Assembly: GCA_965216875.1 (NCBI GenBank)
Contig: OZ244207.1
Span: 6,272,001 to 6,336,000 of the forward strand
Length of the DNA stretch: 64,000 bases
From: Rubripirellula sp.
GTDB lineage: Bacteria > Planctomycetota > Planctomycetia > Pirellulales > Pirellulaceae
Direction of reading: 5' to 3'
The notes under the pieces were generated by a model. That model was not told the origin of the DNA, did no database searches, and saw nothing but the letters and a program-made list of their open reading frames with translations. Within the stretch, counting starts at the first letter, position 1, and every line of letters starts with the position of its first letter. The translations under genes were made by a program, and so were the position numbers. Below are positions 1 to 10,374 of the stretch, piece after piece.

Positions 1-53
1 CTTTCATGTTCTCGGCGGCCGTAAGCTGACCTGGCCTCCTGGTTGATCCAACA

Positions 54-1202
54 ATGGCCGATTTTCGTTTTCTCGCAGAGAAGATCGAACAGCTTCGAGG
101 GCAGGATCGATCGCGCAAACTCGTCCCAAGAGTTCACGACGGCGTTCACCTAAGGTCGGAGGACGGGATGTCGCTGATCAACTTTGGCGCGAACGACTAT
201 TTGGGAATTGCGGCACAACAAAAGACCCCCTCGCGATCATGTTTGACGGGCGCGGCAGCGAGCGCATTGGTGAGTGGTTGGACAACCGAGCATGAAACGC
301 TGGCAAAAGCGATCGCGGCTTGGGAATCGACGGAGGCGGCCGTTCTGTTTCCGTCAGGATACGCCGCATGTTCGGGAACCATCGCTTGCCTCGCGCGCGA
401 GGGTGATTTGATTCTGAGTGATGAATTGAATCATGCTTCGTTGATTGACGGATGCCGTTTATCCAAAGCAACGAAAGTCATCTACCCACATCGAGAGGTG
501 GAAGCGGTTGATGAGATTCTGCGGACGTTGCGCGACCGATACGATCGAGTCTGGATCGTCACCGATGGCGTTTTCAGCATGGACGGACACGTTGCGCCGC
601 TCGCGTCACTCTGTGACCTCGCCAAGACACACGACGCGACGGTCATCGTTGACGAAGCCCACGGAACAGGAGTTCTGGGATCAAACGGAAGCGGCCTATG
701 TGAAGCGCTCGGATTGAAAGAAGAAGTTCCCATTCGAATTGGCACACTCAGCAAAGGCATCGGGTCACAAGGCGGATTCGTTGTGGGGCCTCAAGTGGTG
801 ATCGACTATCTGATCAATCATTGTCGGTCGTTGATCTTCAGCACCGCACTCGCACCAGCCGCAGTTGCAGCAGCTGCATCGGCGATCGAAACCATCAGGG
901 CGCAACCCGATCGAGCACAAACGGTGCAGCGCTATGCAAAGCAATTGCGCCAACGGTTGTCGCTCGATGGGGACGGCATCGAGTCGTGCGTGCCCATTGT
1001 GCCCCTGGTCGTTGGTTCGGACTCTGCCGCGGTTGGTCTGTCAAAGGAACTTGAGCGACGAGGTTTTTTCGTGCCGGCGATTCGTCCGCCAACGGTCCCC
1101 GAAGGGGCGGCTCGCGTCCGTGTTTCTCTCTCTGCGGCGCACGAGCCCGCGATGGTCCAGTCGCTTGCCGATGCGATCATCGAAAGTGGCTTTCTAGGCT
1201 AG
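54..1202 (+). CDS. bioF: 8-amino-7-oxononanoate synthase (class I/II PLP enzyme)
   Basis: Motifs NFGANDYLG, SDELNHASLIDG, DGVFSMDG, VDEAHGTG, GTLSKG (PLP Lys) and AIRPPTVPEG. Confidence 0.9.
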   Translation: MADFRFLAEKIEQLRGQDRSRKLVPRVHDGVHLRSEDGMSLINFGANDYLGIAAQQKTPSRSCLTGAAASALVSGWTTEHETLAKAIAAWESTEAAVLFPSGYAACSGTIACLAREGDLILSDELNHASLIDGCRLSKATKVIYPHREVEAVDEILRTLRDRYDRVWIVTDGVFSMDGHVAPLASLCDLAKTHDATVIVDEAHGTGVLGSNGSGLCEALGLKEEVPIRIGTLSKGIGSQGGFVVGPQVVIDYLINHCRSLIFSTALAPAAVAAAASAIETIRAQPDRAQTVQRYAKQLRQRLSLDGDGIESCVPIVPLVVGSDSAAVGLSKELERRGFFVPAIRPPTVPEGAARVRVSLSAAHEPAMVQSLADAIIESGFLG

Positions 1203-1219
1203 CCGATCGCGCTATTTTT

Positions 1220-1235
1220 CGGATTTCGAAATCCG
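1220..1235. promoter_or_regulatory. Perfect 16-bp palindrome just downstream of bioF (hairpin or operator)
   Basis: cggatttcgaaatccg is self-complementary; no 3' U-tract on the + strand. Confidence 0.3.
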
Positions 1236-1534
1236 TCCGGCGGCCCAAATCGTCTTGAACCTAGTGAACCGCCTGTTTGTGGTACCGGGTTTTGGTCGGA
1301 ATCTTCCCGCAATCCGACCAAAGGCAGGCCTGCGAAGAAATCATTCGCCTTAGGCGTGATTTTTGAGCAAAAATAGCGTGTTGGCCCCGGCACACGGCAA
1401 CTTCTCCTCTGGCCAGGCTAATAAACGCGACGTTGGGTCGTTTACAGCGTACCTGACAACGAACCGGCATCCGCCGTTCAATGATTTCAAAATGATCCTC
1501 CCGTCACTGACTTTTCTGACAAGGAACGACCGTC

Positions 1535-4500
1535 ATGCTTCGCTTTCCCCGGTCGCATAAAAAACAGTCCGCCCGCAAAGGGGCCCTTCGCAATTCGGTT
1601 CGTCGCGCGTTGGTCGCCCTCACGCTTTGCATCGGAGGCGCCCAAACCATCAGTGCCGAACCAATTGGCGTGATGGAACGCTACGCTCTTGCGGCAGATC
1701 GCCAAGCAATGCTTGCCGAGTTGATTCCCGGAAGCGAGGACTTCTACTTCTATCACTGCCTGCACTACCAAACGACTGGCGAGCTGGAGCGATCCGAAGC
1801 AATCTTGCGCGATTGGTTGGCCGAACACAAAGGCCGCGAAACACCGCTGATCACTGCGATGATCGATCGGCAACGTTTGCTGACCTACAACATTTCACCC
1901 CAGCGAACGGTTGATCACTTGATTCGTCGTCTTGGCATCAAGCTAGACCATGCACCGCCAGTCACAAAGGGCGAGCGTCGCTATCCGAGTGAGTTGAACG
2001 TCGCCGCGCTCGACATCGATCGCCTTGTCAAAGATGCACTACGTCGCAACGACCCATTGAAGCCAGTTGGCATGGCTCATTTGGCCGAGTTGTATCGCAC
2101 AGGGAAAACGGCGGGAGTTTCGATCAGTCTGAAGGAGTTTTTGAAGCGGGTGAATGGACCCTACATCGCTAACCTTGATGAATTGGTCATCAAAGAACTG
2201 TCCTCGCGGCGACCGAACGAACAGAAATTTGGCGACGTTGCCGCACACAACCACCTAACGCTTGATGAGCTTCGAAGTGTCGCAAAGAGCGTCTCGGCGG
2301 TTTCAGACGACAATGGCTACGTTGCGGCAGTGCTTAGACGACTGCGTCCAGACGGTGACAGCGATCCAAGCCAACAACCTGAAGTGCAACTCGCATACTT
2401 GCAGCAGGTTGAAGACTACGTCAGCACGTTGCCGCAAAGCTACAACTCGCTGAAGGCGGCGTCGATCTATCGACTGCTTGAGGCCAACGTGACTCGAGGC
2501 AATTATGACCGCGCGCTATTCCTGCGCTATCTACAACTTCCGCGAACAAGCCCAATCGTTCCGGCAGAATGGGCGCGACGACCGAGCGTGAAAGCAAAAC
2601 TCGGTGACAATTTCATGAGCATGGCGCTGCTGCCGCCCATCGGTGACGAACAACCTCTCGTCCGCGCACACCTCGAACACTTTCTAAAAGAGGCAAAGAA
2701 CACAGACGCTTTCAGCAGCTACTTCAAGCCTGAATACCTTCGCCAAGTCTTTGCGGAAACGAAACTGCTCGAGGGGATTGGCGATGAAGAGCGCTGGTAC
2801 AAGATGCTGAGTGCTTCTCAGAGGCAGGCCTTGCGCGATTCGACTCAGCTGCGTCTATCCGTCGAGAATCCACGAACGTTTGCAGCGGACCAGCCTACGA
2901 AATTGCGAGTCGACGTCAAAAACGTTGACGAACTTGTGGTGAGGATCTACGAGATCAACACCGAGTCCTATTATCGAACTCACAGTCGTCCAATTGACAC
3001 CGATATTGATTTGGACGGACTTGTGGCCACCCACGAAAAACGTCTGCCATTCAACCATCCCGCAGTGCGTCGTCACCGCGAGGACGTTTCACTTGACGAA
3101 ATCAAAGGCCGCGGAGTCTGGATCGTTGATTTGGTCGGAAAGGGCATGCGGGCACGAGCGCTCGTGCGTCGCGGCGAAATCGATCATGTCGATTCGGTGG
3201 CTGCGGATGGGATGGTTTTCACCATTGTTGACGAAAACCGCAAGCCAATTCCCGTTGCGTCGATGTTGGTTGGTTCCCGCAAGTTTGTTGCCGACGATCA
3301 AGGACGAATCCTGTTGCCGCCCGTGGCCGAGAACGTGCAGCGGCGCGCGATGATCAGCGACGGAAAAATCTCGCGACCCATTACTTTCCGTCACCTGCGC
3401 GAATCTTATCGTTTGACCGCTGGGATGCACGTCGATCGGACGCAGTTGCAAAGCGGCGGCAATGTCGACGTCTTGATTCGACCTCGATTGGTGATGGGCA
3501 ACACTCCGATCGACCCGCAAACGTTGACTGATGTTGCGGTACGTGTCGAGGCTCGCGACCTGGACAACGTCGTGACGAACATGAACATCGGTGATGTGAA
3601 GCTGGATCAAGATGCTGAATTGGTCGTACCGATGCGCGTTCCGTCGCGATTGGCGAGTCTCAAGGTAACACTCGTTGGTGTCGTCGATGGTCTTGCTGAT
3701 GGCAAAAAACGCACGGTGGAAACGAGCCGAAGTTGGGACGTCGCCGGGATTCGACGTACCAGCCACACGCATGACGCTTTCCTGACGCGTGATGGCGACA
3801 ACTTCGTGATCGAAGTTCGTGGACGAAGTGGTGAACCGGTGGCGGATGCGACGGTGAACGTCTCGCTGACAACCAACTCAAGGCGCGCCACCGTCGATCA
3901 AACACTTCAAGCGGATCGCAATGGGCAAGTGAAACTGAAAGACCTGCCAGGAGTCGATCAGATTCGATTCGGAGTCACCTCGGGTCTCCAGCACGCACGC
4001 CAATTAAAACTGAATCAAGTGCGGTGGCCAAACGAGATTCATACCACCACCGAACGTGGCGTGCGCCTGCCACTGGCCGATGTGATCAAGTCAGCCGCGG
4101 AGCGTTACCGACTTGTCGAGCTGCGTGCCGGATCCAACCGCGCCGATCAATCGGATCGCCTTTCGGTCAAAGATGGCATGCTGGTGATCGGTAACCTTGC
4201 ATCAGGCGATTATCACCTGATTGATCGATTGACAGCAGCACGAACCGTGATCGCGGTCGTGGACGGACCCGAGATCGAACGCATCGCAACGGGTCGTGTT
4301 CGACATCGTTCGATGGCCATGAATGAACCCGTTTCGATCGCGTCGATTGATCGGAACAAAGAGGGTTTGAGGATTCAGCTATCGGGCGACTCCGCAGATG
4401 CTCGCGTCCACATCTATGCGTCTCGGTACATCGACTCGACGTCGCCGATGGACCAGCTCTACATCCCTGAACCGAGTCTTTATGGTCGCCGCATCACCCT

Positions 4501-7500
4501 GCCCCGCAATGGATATGTCGGTGATTTGCGACTTGGCGACGAATACCAATACGTGCTCCGTCGTCAGTACGCCACGAAGTATCCGGGCGTGATGATTCCT
4601 CGGCCAAGTTTGATTCTGAACCCCTGGGAAACCGAGGAAACGACGAATCAAAGCCAGTCGGCTGCTGCTGGCGATGTGCCGCCGCCCAGTGCGGCCGCAC
4701 CCGATTCGATGGCCGAGGCCGCGGCCAAACGCAAGAGCGAAGCTCAATCACGGATGGTGGGATCGGACTATGACTTCCTTGGTGACTCGGGTGCTGTTGC
4801 AGCCAACCTTCGCGCCGATGAAAAGGGTGTCGTGACCGTACCGGCGGATCTGATTGAATCGATGCCGGTGATTCAAATCGTCGTTAGCGACTCACTCGCT
4901 TTGTTGCAGCGAACCATCACTGCGCCGCTGGCGGATGCTGAAACCGTCGACCTGCGATTGGCAAAGGCACTTGATGCCAAAAAATCGTACTCGTTTGAGC
5001 GGGCCGTTTCGATCGTTTCCAAGGACAACCCGCTCGATTTGGAAAGCCTTGGATCGGCCCAACTGCAAGTCTATGCGTCGGTCGGAAGTTTGCTCAAGCT
5101 TTACAAGACACTTGTCGGCGACTCGCGTTTGTCCGAATTCGATGAGCTTGGCTATTGGCACAAACTCGATCGCACTCAGAAACTGGATGCGTATTCACGG
5201 CTAGCAAGTCACGAGCTGCATCTGTTCCTTTGGGCCCACGATCACGGATTCTTTGAAGACATCGTTGGTCCCTACTTGGCCAACAAAAAGGAGAAGCAAT
5301 TTGTTGATCATTGGCTCCTTGGCGATGACTTGAGCGAGTACACAACGCTGTGGCGATACAACCAATTGAACGCGGCCGAACGTGTTTTGTTGGCGATGAA
5401 AGTCAACGACGTTCGAGATTCGGTAGCCCGTGAGCTTCGTGAACACGTTGCCGAGCAAGAAGAAGACTTTGCCACTGTCCGAATGCGTATCGACAGCGCT
5501 TTAAAAGACTCGGGACTCCGCTTTGAGAGACTCGAGGCAAAGTTGGGTGCCGACGCCAGCGACATGGTTGAGGCGGAGCCGATGATGGAAATGCGAATGC
5601 AACTGTTTGGCGCGATCGCCGACAGCGATAGTCGAGGTATCGACAAATCACGCCAACTCCGCGCCAAAGAGGTCGAGCGTGAATCGGATCGTTATTACAG
5701 CAAACAATCGCGTGGTCGACGAGTGATGTCGCGCCGCGGTGGCATGTTGGGTGGCGGAGGCCGGTCGCTGGCGTTCTACCGAGAACTCGACAGCACCAAG
5801 CAGTGGGCCGAAAGCCATTGGGATCGAATCCGAACCGTCGGCGGACCTCATCCATCGAGTCTGATTTCTCGAAACGGATTTTGGGCCGATTTGGTTGCCG
5901 GCGAACCTGGCAAGATTGATGTTTCATCCAATTTGTTGAGTCCGGTCGAAAACCGACACTCGGCATTGGTCGCGCTGGCACTTTGTGGTTTGCCTTTGAC
6001 ACCGGGCGATGTTGGTTTGCCAACCGAACGCGACGAGGCGTACGCTCCCGAGCACGCGGTTGCCGTGGTGACCAAGCGGTTGAATGTTCTTGACGCAGCC
6101 GAAGGTGAATCGAGCATTTTGATCGGTCAACGGTTCGATGATTTGCACCGATCGAGCAGTCGTTCGGACGATATCTCAGAACCGAGCGAGTTTTTGACCG
6201 GTGTTGCCTACAAGGGCCAAACCGTTGTTTCCAACCCCACAGCAGCTCGCCGAACCGTGGATGTCTTTTGGCAGATTCCGGCGGGAAGTCTGCCGCTGGC
6301 AACAAGTCAAACCACGGACAGTCGCACAATGGTGCTCGAACCGTTTGCCGTTCAATCGATCGAATACCAGTTCTATTTCCCAGCCGCTGGTAGTTTCGTT
6401 CACTACCCGGCAACCGTTTCAAGCCAAGGGAAATTGATCGCTCGTGGTGGTGAAAAAGAATTCAAAGTGGTTGCACAGCCGACTGAGCACGACAACATCA
6501 CTTGGGAGAAAGTGGTTCGAAACGGGTCGGCCGACGATATTCGCGATTTCCTGGTCGACGCTAACCTGCGTAAGCTCAACTGGATGCTGGTCGCGCACCG
6601 CATGCAGGACCAAGAGGTGTATCGCGTCGTGATCGACTCGCTGCGCGACGCCAACATGCCAGTTGCGGAACTGTGGGCATATTCGCTCAAACATCGTGAT
6701 GACGATGCAATGAGCGACTACCTGTCGATCCGCGAAGACTTGGTTGGACGCGTTGGCCCTTCGATCGACAGCCCGCTGCTTTCGGTTGATGCAATCGAGC
6801 GTCGAACCCATGAATTGCTCGAGTATGCCCCACTGGTGCGAGCACGCATCCATCCTCTACGTGGCGAAAATGAAATTCTGAATCCAACCTTCTTGGGTCA
6901 GTACCGGAGTTTCGTACGCATGCTCGGGTTCGACAACGAAATTCCCGACAGCGAACGACTCGTGCTTGCCTATTACCTGTTGCTGCAAAACCGAATTGAG
7001 GAAGCGATCGATCATTTTGGTAAGGTCGATCGCGAGAAGATCGCAACCAAATTGCAGTACGACTATGTGGATGCCTATTTGGCGTTGCATCAAGAACACT
7101 ACAAACGGGCGGAGAAGATCGCGCGTCAACATGCTGGTCATGCGGTTCCACGTTGGGCTCATCGGTTCGGTGAGTTGTCACGGCAACTCAATCAACGACT
7201 CGATCTCAATCGCACTGAAAAGCTAGTCTCCGTTGATAAAAAGGATGCGGGCGACAAGCCGGTTGATGTCGCATCAGGCGATCTTTCCGTGATTGACCGC
7301 GAGCGCAAACAACAGGCCGCCTCGCAGGCACAGCCCGAAGTGATCGTTCGCATTGAAGGCGACTCGCTAAGGATCGATCATCGCAAAGCCAAAGAGGTGA
7401 CCGTCAACCTTTATGGTGTGGACCTTGAGTTGTTGTTCAGTAAAGCGCCGTTTGTTCGTGAAGACTTGCAGCGTATGGCCATGGTTCGACCGGCTCAAAG

Positions 7501-7906
7501 CGAACAGGTCGAGTTCGAATCGGCAACCGGAGTGGGCAGGTACGAGTTGAACGAGAACCTGAGCCGTCAAACGCTGCTTGTTGAAGTGGTTGCTGGCGCA
7601 TCACGTTCAACCGCGTTGTACTACGGTGGCGAAATCACGACGTACGTGTCCGAGAGCTACGGCCAGTTGCAGACGACCGATGCGCAATCGCATCAACCGA
7701 TTCCTGGTGCCTACGTGAAGGTCTACGCAAAGTATCCCAACGGAAACGTCCGATTCTTCAAAGATGGCTACACCGATGCTCGTGGTCGGTTTGACTATGC
7801 AAGTATCAGTGCAAACGATGCCAAGGGAGCCGAGCGTTTCGCGATTCTCGTGATGAGCAGCGAACAAGGGGCGACCCTTCACGATGTTCGCTCACCCAAT
7901 CAGTGA
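1535..7906 (+). CDS. Giant (2123 aa) secreted protein, possibly alpha-2-macroglobulin-like multi-beta-sandwich architecture
   Basis: Long uninterrupted ORF. N-terminal basic plus hydrophobic signal (RRALVALTLCIGGAQTISA). MG-like segments (DVKNVDELVVRIYEIN; GAYVKVYAK...KDGYTDARGRFDY). The CDS is certain; the function is inferred. Confidence 0.6.
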   Translation: MLRFPRSHKKQSARKGALRNSVRRALVALTLCIGGAQTISAEPIGVMERYALAADRQAMLAELIPGSEDFYFYHCLHYQTTGELERSEAILRDWLAEHKGRETPLITAMIDRQRLLTYNISPQRTVDHLIRRLGIKLDHAPPVTKGERRYPSELNVAALDIDRLVKDALRRNDPLKPVGMAHLAELYRTGKTAGVSISLKEFLKRVNGPYIANLDELVIKELSSRRPNEQKFGDVAAHNHLTLDELRSVAKSVSAVSDDNGYVAAVLRRLRPDGDSDPSQQPEVQLAYLQQVEDYVSTLPQSYNSLKAASIYRLLEANVTRGNYDRALFLRYLQLPRTSPIVPAEWARRPSVKAKLGDNFMSMALLPPIGDEQPLVRAHLEHFLKEAKNTDAFSSYFKPEYLRQVFAETKLLEGIGDEERWYKMLSASQRQALRDSTQLRLSVENPRTFAADQPTKLRVDVKNVDELVVRIYEINTESYYRTHSRPIDTDIDLDGLVATHEKRLPFNHPAVRRHREDVSLDEIKGRGVWIVDLVGKGMRARALVRRGEIDHVDSVAADGMVFTIVDENRKPIPVASMLVGSRKFVADDQGRILLPPVAENVQRRAMISDGKISRPITFRHLRESYRLTAGMHVDRTQLQSGGNVDVLIRPRLVMGNTPIDPQTLTDVAVRVEARDLDNVVTNMNIGDVKLDQDAELVVPMRVPSRLASLKVTLVGVVDGLADGKKRTVETSRSWDVAGIRRTSHTHDAFLTRDGDNFVIEVRGRSGEPVADATVNVSLTTNSRRATVDQTLQADRNGQVKLKDLPGVDQIRFGVTSGLQHARQLKLNQVRWPNEIHTTTERGVRLPLADVIKSAAERYRLVELRAGSNRADQSDRLSVKDGMLVIGNLASGDYHLIDRLTAARTVIAVVDGPEIERIATGRVRHRSMAMNEPVSIASIDRNKEGLRIQLSGDSADARVHIYASRYIDSTSPMDQLYIPEPSLYGRRITLPRNGYVGDLRLGDEYQYVLRRQYATKYPGVMIPRPSLILNPWETEETTNQSQSAAAGDVPPPSAAAPDSMAEAAAKRKSEAQSRMVGSDYDFLGDSGAVAANLRADEKGVVTVPADLIESMPVIQIVVSDSLALLQRTITAPLADAETVDLRLAKALDAKKSYSFERAVSIVSKDNPLDLESLGSAQLQVYASVGSLLKLYKTLVGDSRLSEFDELGYWHKLDRTQKLDAYSRLASHELHLFLWAHDHGFFEDIVGPYLANKKEKQFVDHWLLGDDLSEYTTLWRYNQLNAAERVLLAMKVNDVRDSVARELREHVAEQEEDFATVRMRIDSALKDSGLRFERLEAKLGADASDMVEAEPMMEMRMQLFGAIADSDSRGIDKSRQLRAKEVERESDRYYSKQSRGRRVMSRRGGMLGGGGRSLAFYRELDSTKQWAESHWDRIRTVGGPHPSSLISRNGFWADLVAGEPGKIDVSSNLLSPVENRHSALVALALCGLPLTPGDVGLPTERDEAYAPEHAVAVVTKRLNVLDAAEGESSILIGQRFDDLHRSSSRSDDISEPSEFLTGVAYKGQTVVSNPTAARRTVDVFWQIPAGSLPLATSQTTDSRTMVLEPFAVQSIEYQFYFPAAGSFVHYPATVSSQGKLIARGGEKEFKVVAQPTEHDNITWEKVVRNGSADDIRDFLVDANLRKLNWMLVAHRMQDQEVYRVVIDSLRDANMPVAELWAYSLKHRDDDAMSDYLSIREDLVGRVGPSIDSPLLSVDAIERRTHELLEYAPLVRARIHPLRGENEILNPTFLGQYRSFVRMLGFDNEIPDSERLVLAYYLLLQNRIEEAIDHFGKVDREKIATKLQYDYVDAYLALHQEHYKRAEKIARQHAGHAVPRWAHRFGELSRQLNQRLDLNRTEKLVSVDKKDAGDKPVDVASGDLSVIDRERKQQAASQAQPEVIVRIEGDSLRIDHRKAKEVTVNLYGVDLELLFSKAPFVREDLQRMAMVRPAQSEQVEFESATGVGRYELNENLSRQTLLVEVVAGASRSTALYYGGEITTYVSESYGQLQTTDAQSHQPIPGAYVKVYAKYPNGNVRFFKDGYTDARGRFDYASISANDAKGAERFAILVMSSEQGATLHDVRSPNQ

Positions 7907-7911
7907 GACGA

Positions 7912-7951
7912 GTAGGCCGGATCAAGGAGCGACAGCGACGCAGATCCGGCA
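7912..7951 (+). repeat. REP-like palindrome family A, copy 1
   Basis: gtaggccggatcaaggagcgacagcgacgcagatccggca; GTAG foot plus gccggatc/gatccggc stem; near-identical copy at 11801. Confidence 0.85.
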
Positions 7952-7953
7952 TG

Positions 7954-8021
7954 ATTGTCGCCTTTCGCTCCGCGAAAGTAGCGTCCGCAAACGCAGTTCT
8001 TGTGGAGCAGAAGGCGACTAT
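7954..8021. repeat. REP/REPIN-like inverted pair, family D
   Basis: attgtcgcctttcgctccgcgaaag...tgtggagcagaaggcgactat are imperfect inverted arms. Confidence 0.6.
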
Positions 8022-8070
8022 GTTGAAGCTCGGCTAAAAAAATCACAGCCTTTCTACGTGGCAACGCACT

Positions 8071-8094
8071 CCACGCTCTGGCGAGCGTAGCTAC
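8071..8094 (-). repeat. REP-like palindrome family C (reverse orientation)
   Basis: ccacgctctggcgagcgtagctac is the exact reverse complement of 34422-34445. Confidence 0.85.
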
Positions 8095-8137
8095 AGACAC
8101 ATAGTAAAGCCCGGCCGCTTACGCGATCGCGGCTCAG

Positions 8138-8203
8138 CGTTTGTCGTCCCGCCTTTAGGCGGAAGAGCCTGAAGATTCCGTTTAGAGCTCGGTACGACAA
8201 ACG
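8138..8203 (+). repeat. REPIN-like element family B, copy 1
   Basis: cgtttgtcgtcccgcctttaggcgg...aagattccgtttagagctcggtacgacaaacg; 10-bp terminal inverted repeats; homologous copies at 11851, 33217 and 54677. Confidence 0.8.
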
Positions 8204-8217
8204 CCCTGCTCGCAGCC

Positions 8218-10125
8218 TTACGCCCAATGACGCAACCATTTTTCAAGAATCAAAAGGTTCCACAGTCGGTAACCATGATTGTGTTTGCTCTCTTCGTGAG
8301 AACGCACGAGCGATTCGACTTCTTCGCGTCGGAAGTAGGTACTGATTCTCGAGTCGTCGGCCAGAATCGTGTCATGCACCATCGGTTTGAGTTCGTTTCG
8401 GAACCATCCACCGATCGGAATTCCAAAGCCCATTTTCTTGCGATGGAAAATCGAGCGGGGAATCATCGAACCGAACGTGTCTTCGAGAATCAGCTTGCCG
8501 CGTTTTCCGCGGAACTTATGTTCGACCTCCATCGATGCGGCCAGTTCGACAATGCGATGATCCAGCAGCGGTTGACGAACCTCTAAGCCGTGAGCCATCG
8601 AGGCAATATCGACTTTGGTCATCAGGTCGCAACAAAGGTAGGTGAAGACGTCGGCCATTGACGCGCGTGTGACGACATCGCGACCTTCGGATTGATCCCA
8701 CGCTGCGGCAAGGAAATCGAACGGATCATCACCAGGCAACGTTTCGACGAAATCGTCGGTGTAGAGCGATGCCCGCATGGATTCGGGAAAGATCTGCAAC
8801 CAATTCAAGTATCGTCGTGCGGCCGGTTGATTGAGCGCTTCCAAGAATCGTTTCGCTCGCCGCGGCAGTGAACGCTGACGATTGGAATCAGGCAGTTTCT
8901 GAACCAGCGAGATGCCAGGGAATTTGTGGATGGGAAATAGCCTGAGCATTTTGTTGCTCAGCCAAAGTGCACGGTAACGTTCGTAGCCGGCGAACAATTC
9001 GTCACCGCCGTCACCCGAGAGTGCAACGGTGACTTCCTTGCGGGTCAGTTCCGACAAATACCACGTCGGGACTGCCGATGAATCACCAAACGGTTCGTCG
9101 TAGTGCCAAACCAGTTTGTCGATCACATCGACACCACTTGGCATCACTTCGAATCGCTGATGCTGCGTCCCCAAATGTTCGGCGACGGCCGCTGCGTGCA
9201 CCGTTTCATCAAAATCCGCAACGGGAAAACCGATACTGAACGTTCGGACTTGATGGTCCGATTGGCTTTGAGCGATCGCGGTGATCAGCGACGAATCGAT
9301 TCCGCCCGAAAGAAAGGTACCTAGCGGAACGTCGCTTTGCATACGAAGACGCACCGAATCGGTCAGCAATTCGCGTAGACGCTCGCGTGCCTCGCCGGGA
9401 CGCATGGGTCGTTCGATGCTTGGATCAATATCCCAATAACGCTTGACCGAGAGTTGGCCATTTTCAAAGACGGCGTAATGCCCCGGCGGCAGTTTACGCA
9501 CGCCCTTCCAGATGGTTCCGGGATAGGGGACGTATTGGTAAGTCAGGAACTCGTCGATGGCGCCGGGATCAATTTCCGAACAAACACCTTCGACTTCGGC
9601 CAAGCACTTCATCTCGCTGCCGAAAACCAGCCGATCATTCTTGACGGCGTAATAAAGCGGCTTCTGTCCGATACGGTCGCGAGCGAGGACAAGCCGGTTA
9701 TGGTGCGGATCCCAGATCGCGATCGCGAACATTCCATTGAGCTGGGAAAAACACTCGACACCAAGGTCTTCGTAGAGGTGAAGAATCGATTCACCATCAC
9801 CGTCGGTCGAAAAGGTGTGGCCTGTTCCTTCGAGCCGGTTTCGCAGTGTTTTGTAGTTGTAGATTTCGCCGTTGAAGACCATGCGAAGCGTGCCATCTTC
9901 GTTGGCCATCGGTTGGCGGGCGCCTTCGAGGTCAATGATGCTGAGGCGGCGAAACCCAAGTGCGACTCCGACCGTCTTTCCGTAGGCATCGCGGTGGTCG
10001 GTGTTGTACCAAGTCTGTGAATCATCGGGTCCACGATGTGCGATCGATGCGGTCATTTTGGCGAGTGTGTCTGGGCTAATCGCCGAGGACACCTCTCGCC
10101 AAATTGCTCCCGTAATGCCGCACAT
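8218..10125 (-). CDS. asnB: Asparagine synthase (glutamine-hydrolysing)
   Basis: N-terminal MCGI (Ntn Cys), HRGPD, FNGEIYNY, LSGGIDSS, SGDGGDELFAGY and KMGF. Confidence 0.93.
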   Translation of the reverse strand: MCGITGAIWREVSSAISPDTLAKMTASIAHRGPDDSQTWYNTDHRDAYGKTVGVALGFRRLSIIDLEGARQPMANEDGTLRMVFNGEIYNYKTLRNRLEGTGHTFSTDGDGESILHLYEDLGVECFSQLNGMFAIAIWDPHHNRLVLARDRIGQKPLYYAVKNDRLVFGSEMKCLAEVEGVCSEIDPGAIDEFLTYQYVPYPGTIWKGVRKLPPGHYAVFENGQLSVKRYWDIDPSIERPMRPGEARERLRELLTDSVRLRMQSDVPLGTFLSGGIDSSLITAIAQSQSDHQVRTFSIGFPVADFDETVHAAAVAEHLGTQHQRFEVMPSGVDVIDKLVWHYDEPFGDSSAVPTWYLSELTRKEVTVALSGDGGDELFAGYERYRALWLSNKMLRLFPIHKFPGISLVQKLPDSNRQRSLPRRAKRFLEALNQPAARRYLNWLQIFPESMRASLYTDDFVETLPGDDPFDFLAAAWDQSEGRDVVTRASMADVFTYLCCDLMTKVDIASMAHGLEVRQPLLDHRIVELAASMEVEHKFRGKRGKLILEDTFGSMIPRSIFHRKKMGFGIPIGGWFRNELKPMVHDTILADDSRISTYFRREEVESLVRSHEESKHNHGYRLWNLLILEKWLRHWA

Positions 10126-10374
10126 AGATGTTGGTCTCCGCCAGTCTGCCGTTTCTTGGCGACAGCATGTTGATGATCGCGATGGTGTTTTTAACGTGCA
10201 CTACGATAGTCGCCGTCGAACACCATTATTGCGACTTTGCCCACCGAGCGTGATGCGGGGCGCTGAAATCGAGGAGTTATTGATACGATCGTCTCAGTCC
10301 TACACGCCAACGCGTCCGTTTCTTGGTTCGGTTGGTACGATGGTGGATCTTCAGCGTCACCCGAAAGTCAAAAA

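Noticed and set aside
5403..6422. 339-aa minus-strand ORF inside the giant gene, and similar long antisense ORFs elsewhere
   Set aside because: Arg/Pro-rich off-frame translations typical of GC-rich DNA; no motifs.
7907..8217. Possible CRISPR array or IS ends
   Set aside because: The units differ from each other, there is no regular repeat-spacer period, and no cas or transposase gene is in the window; they fit REP-like elements.
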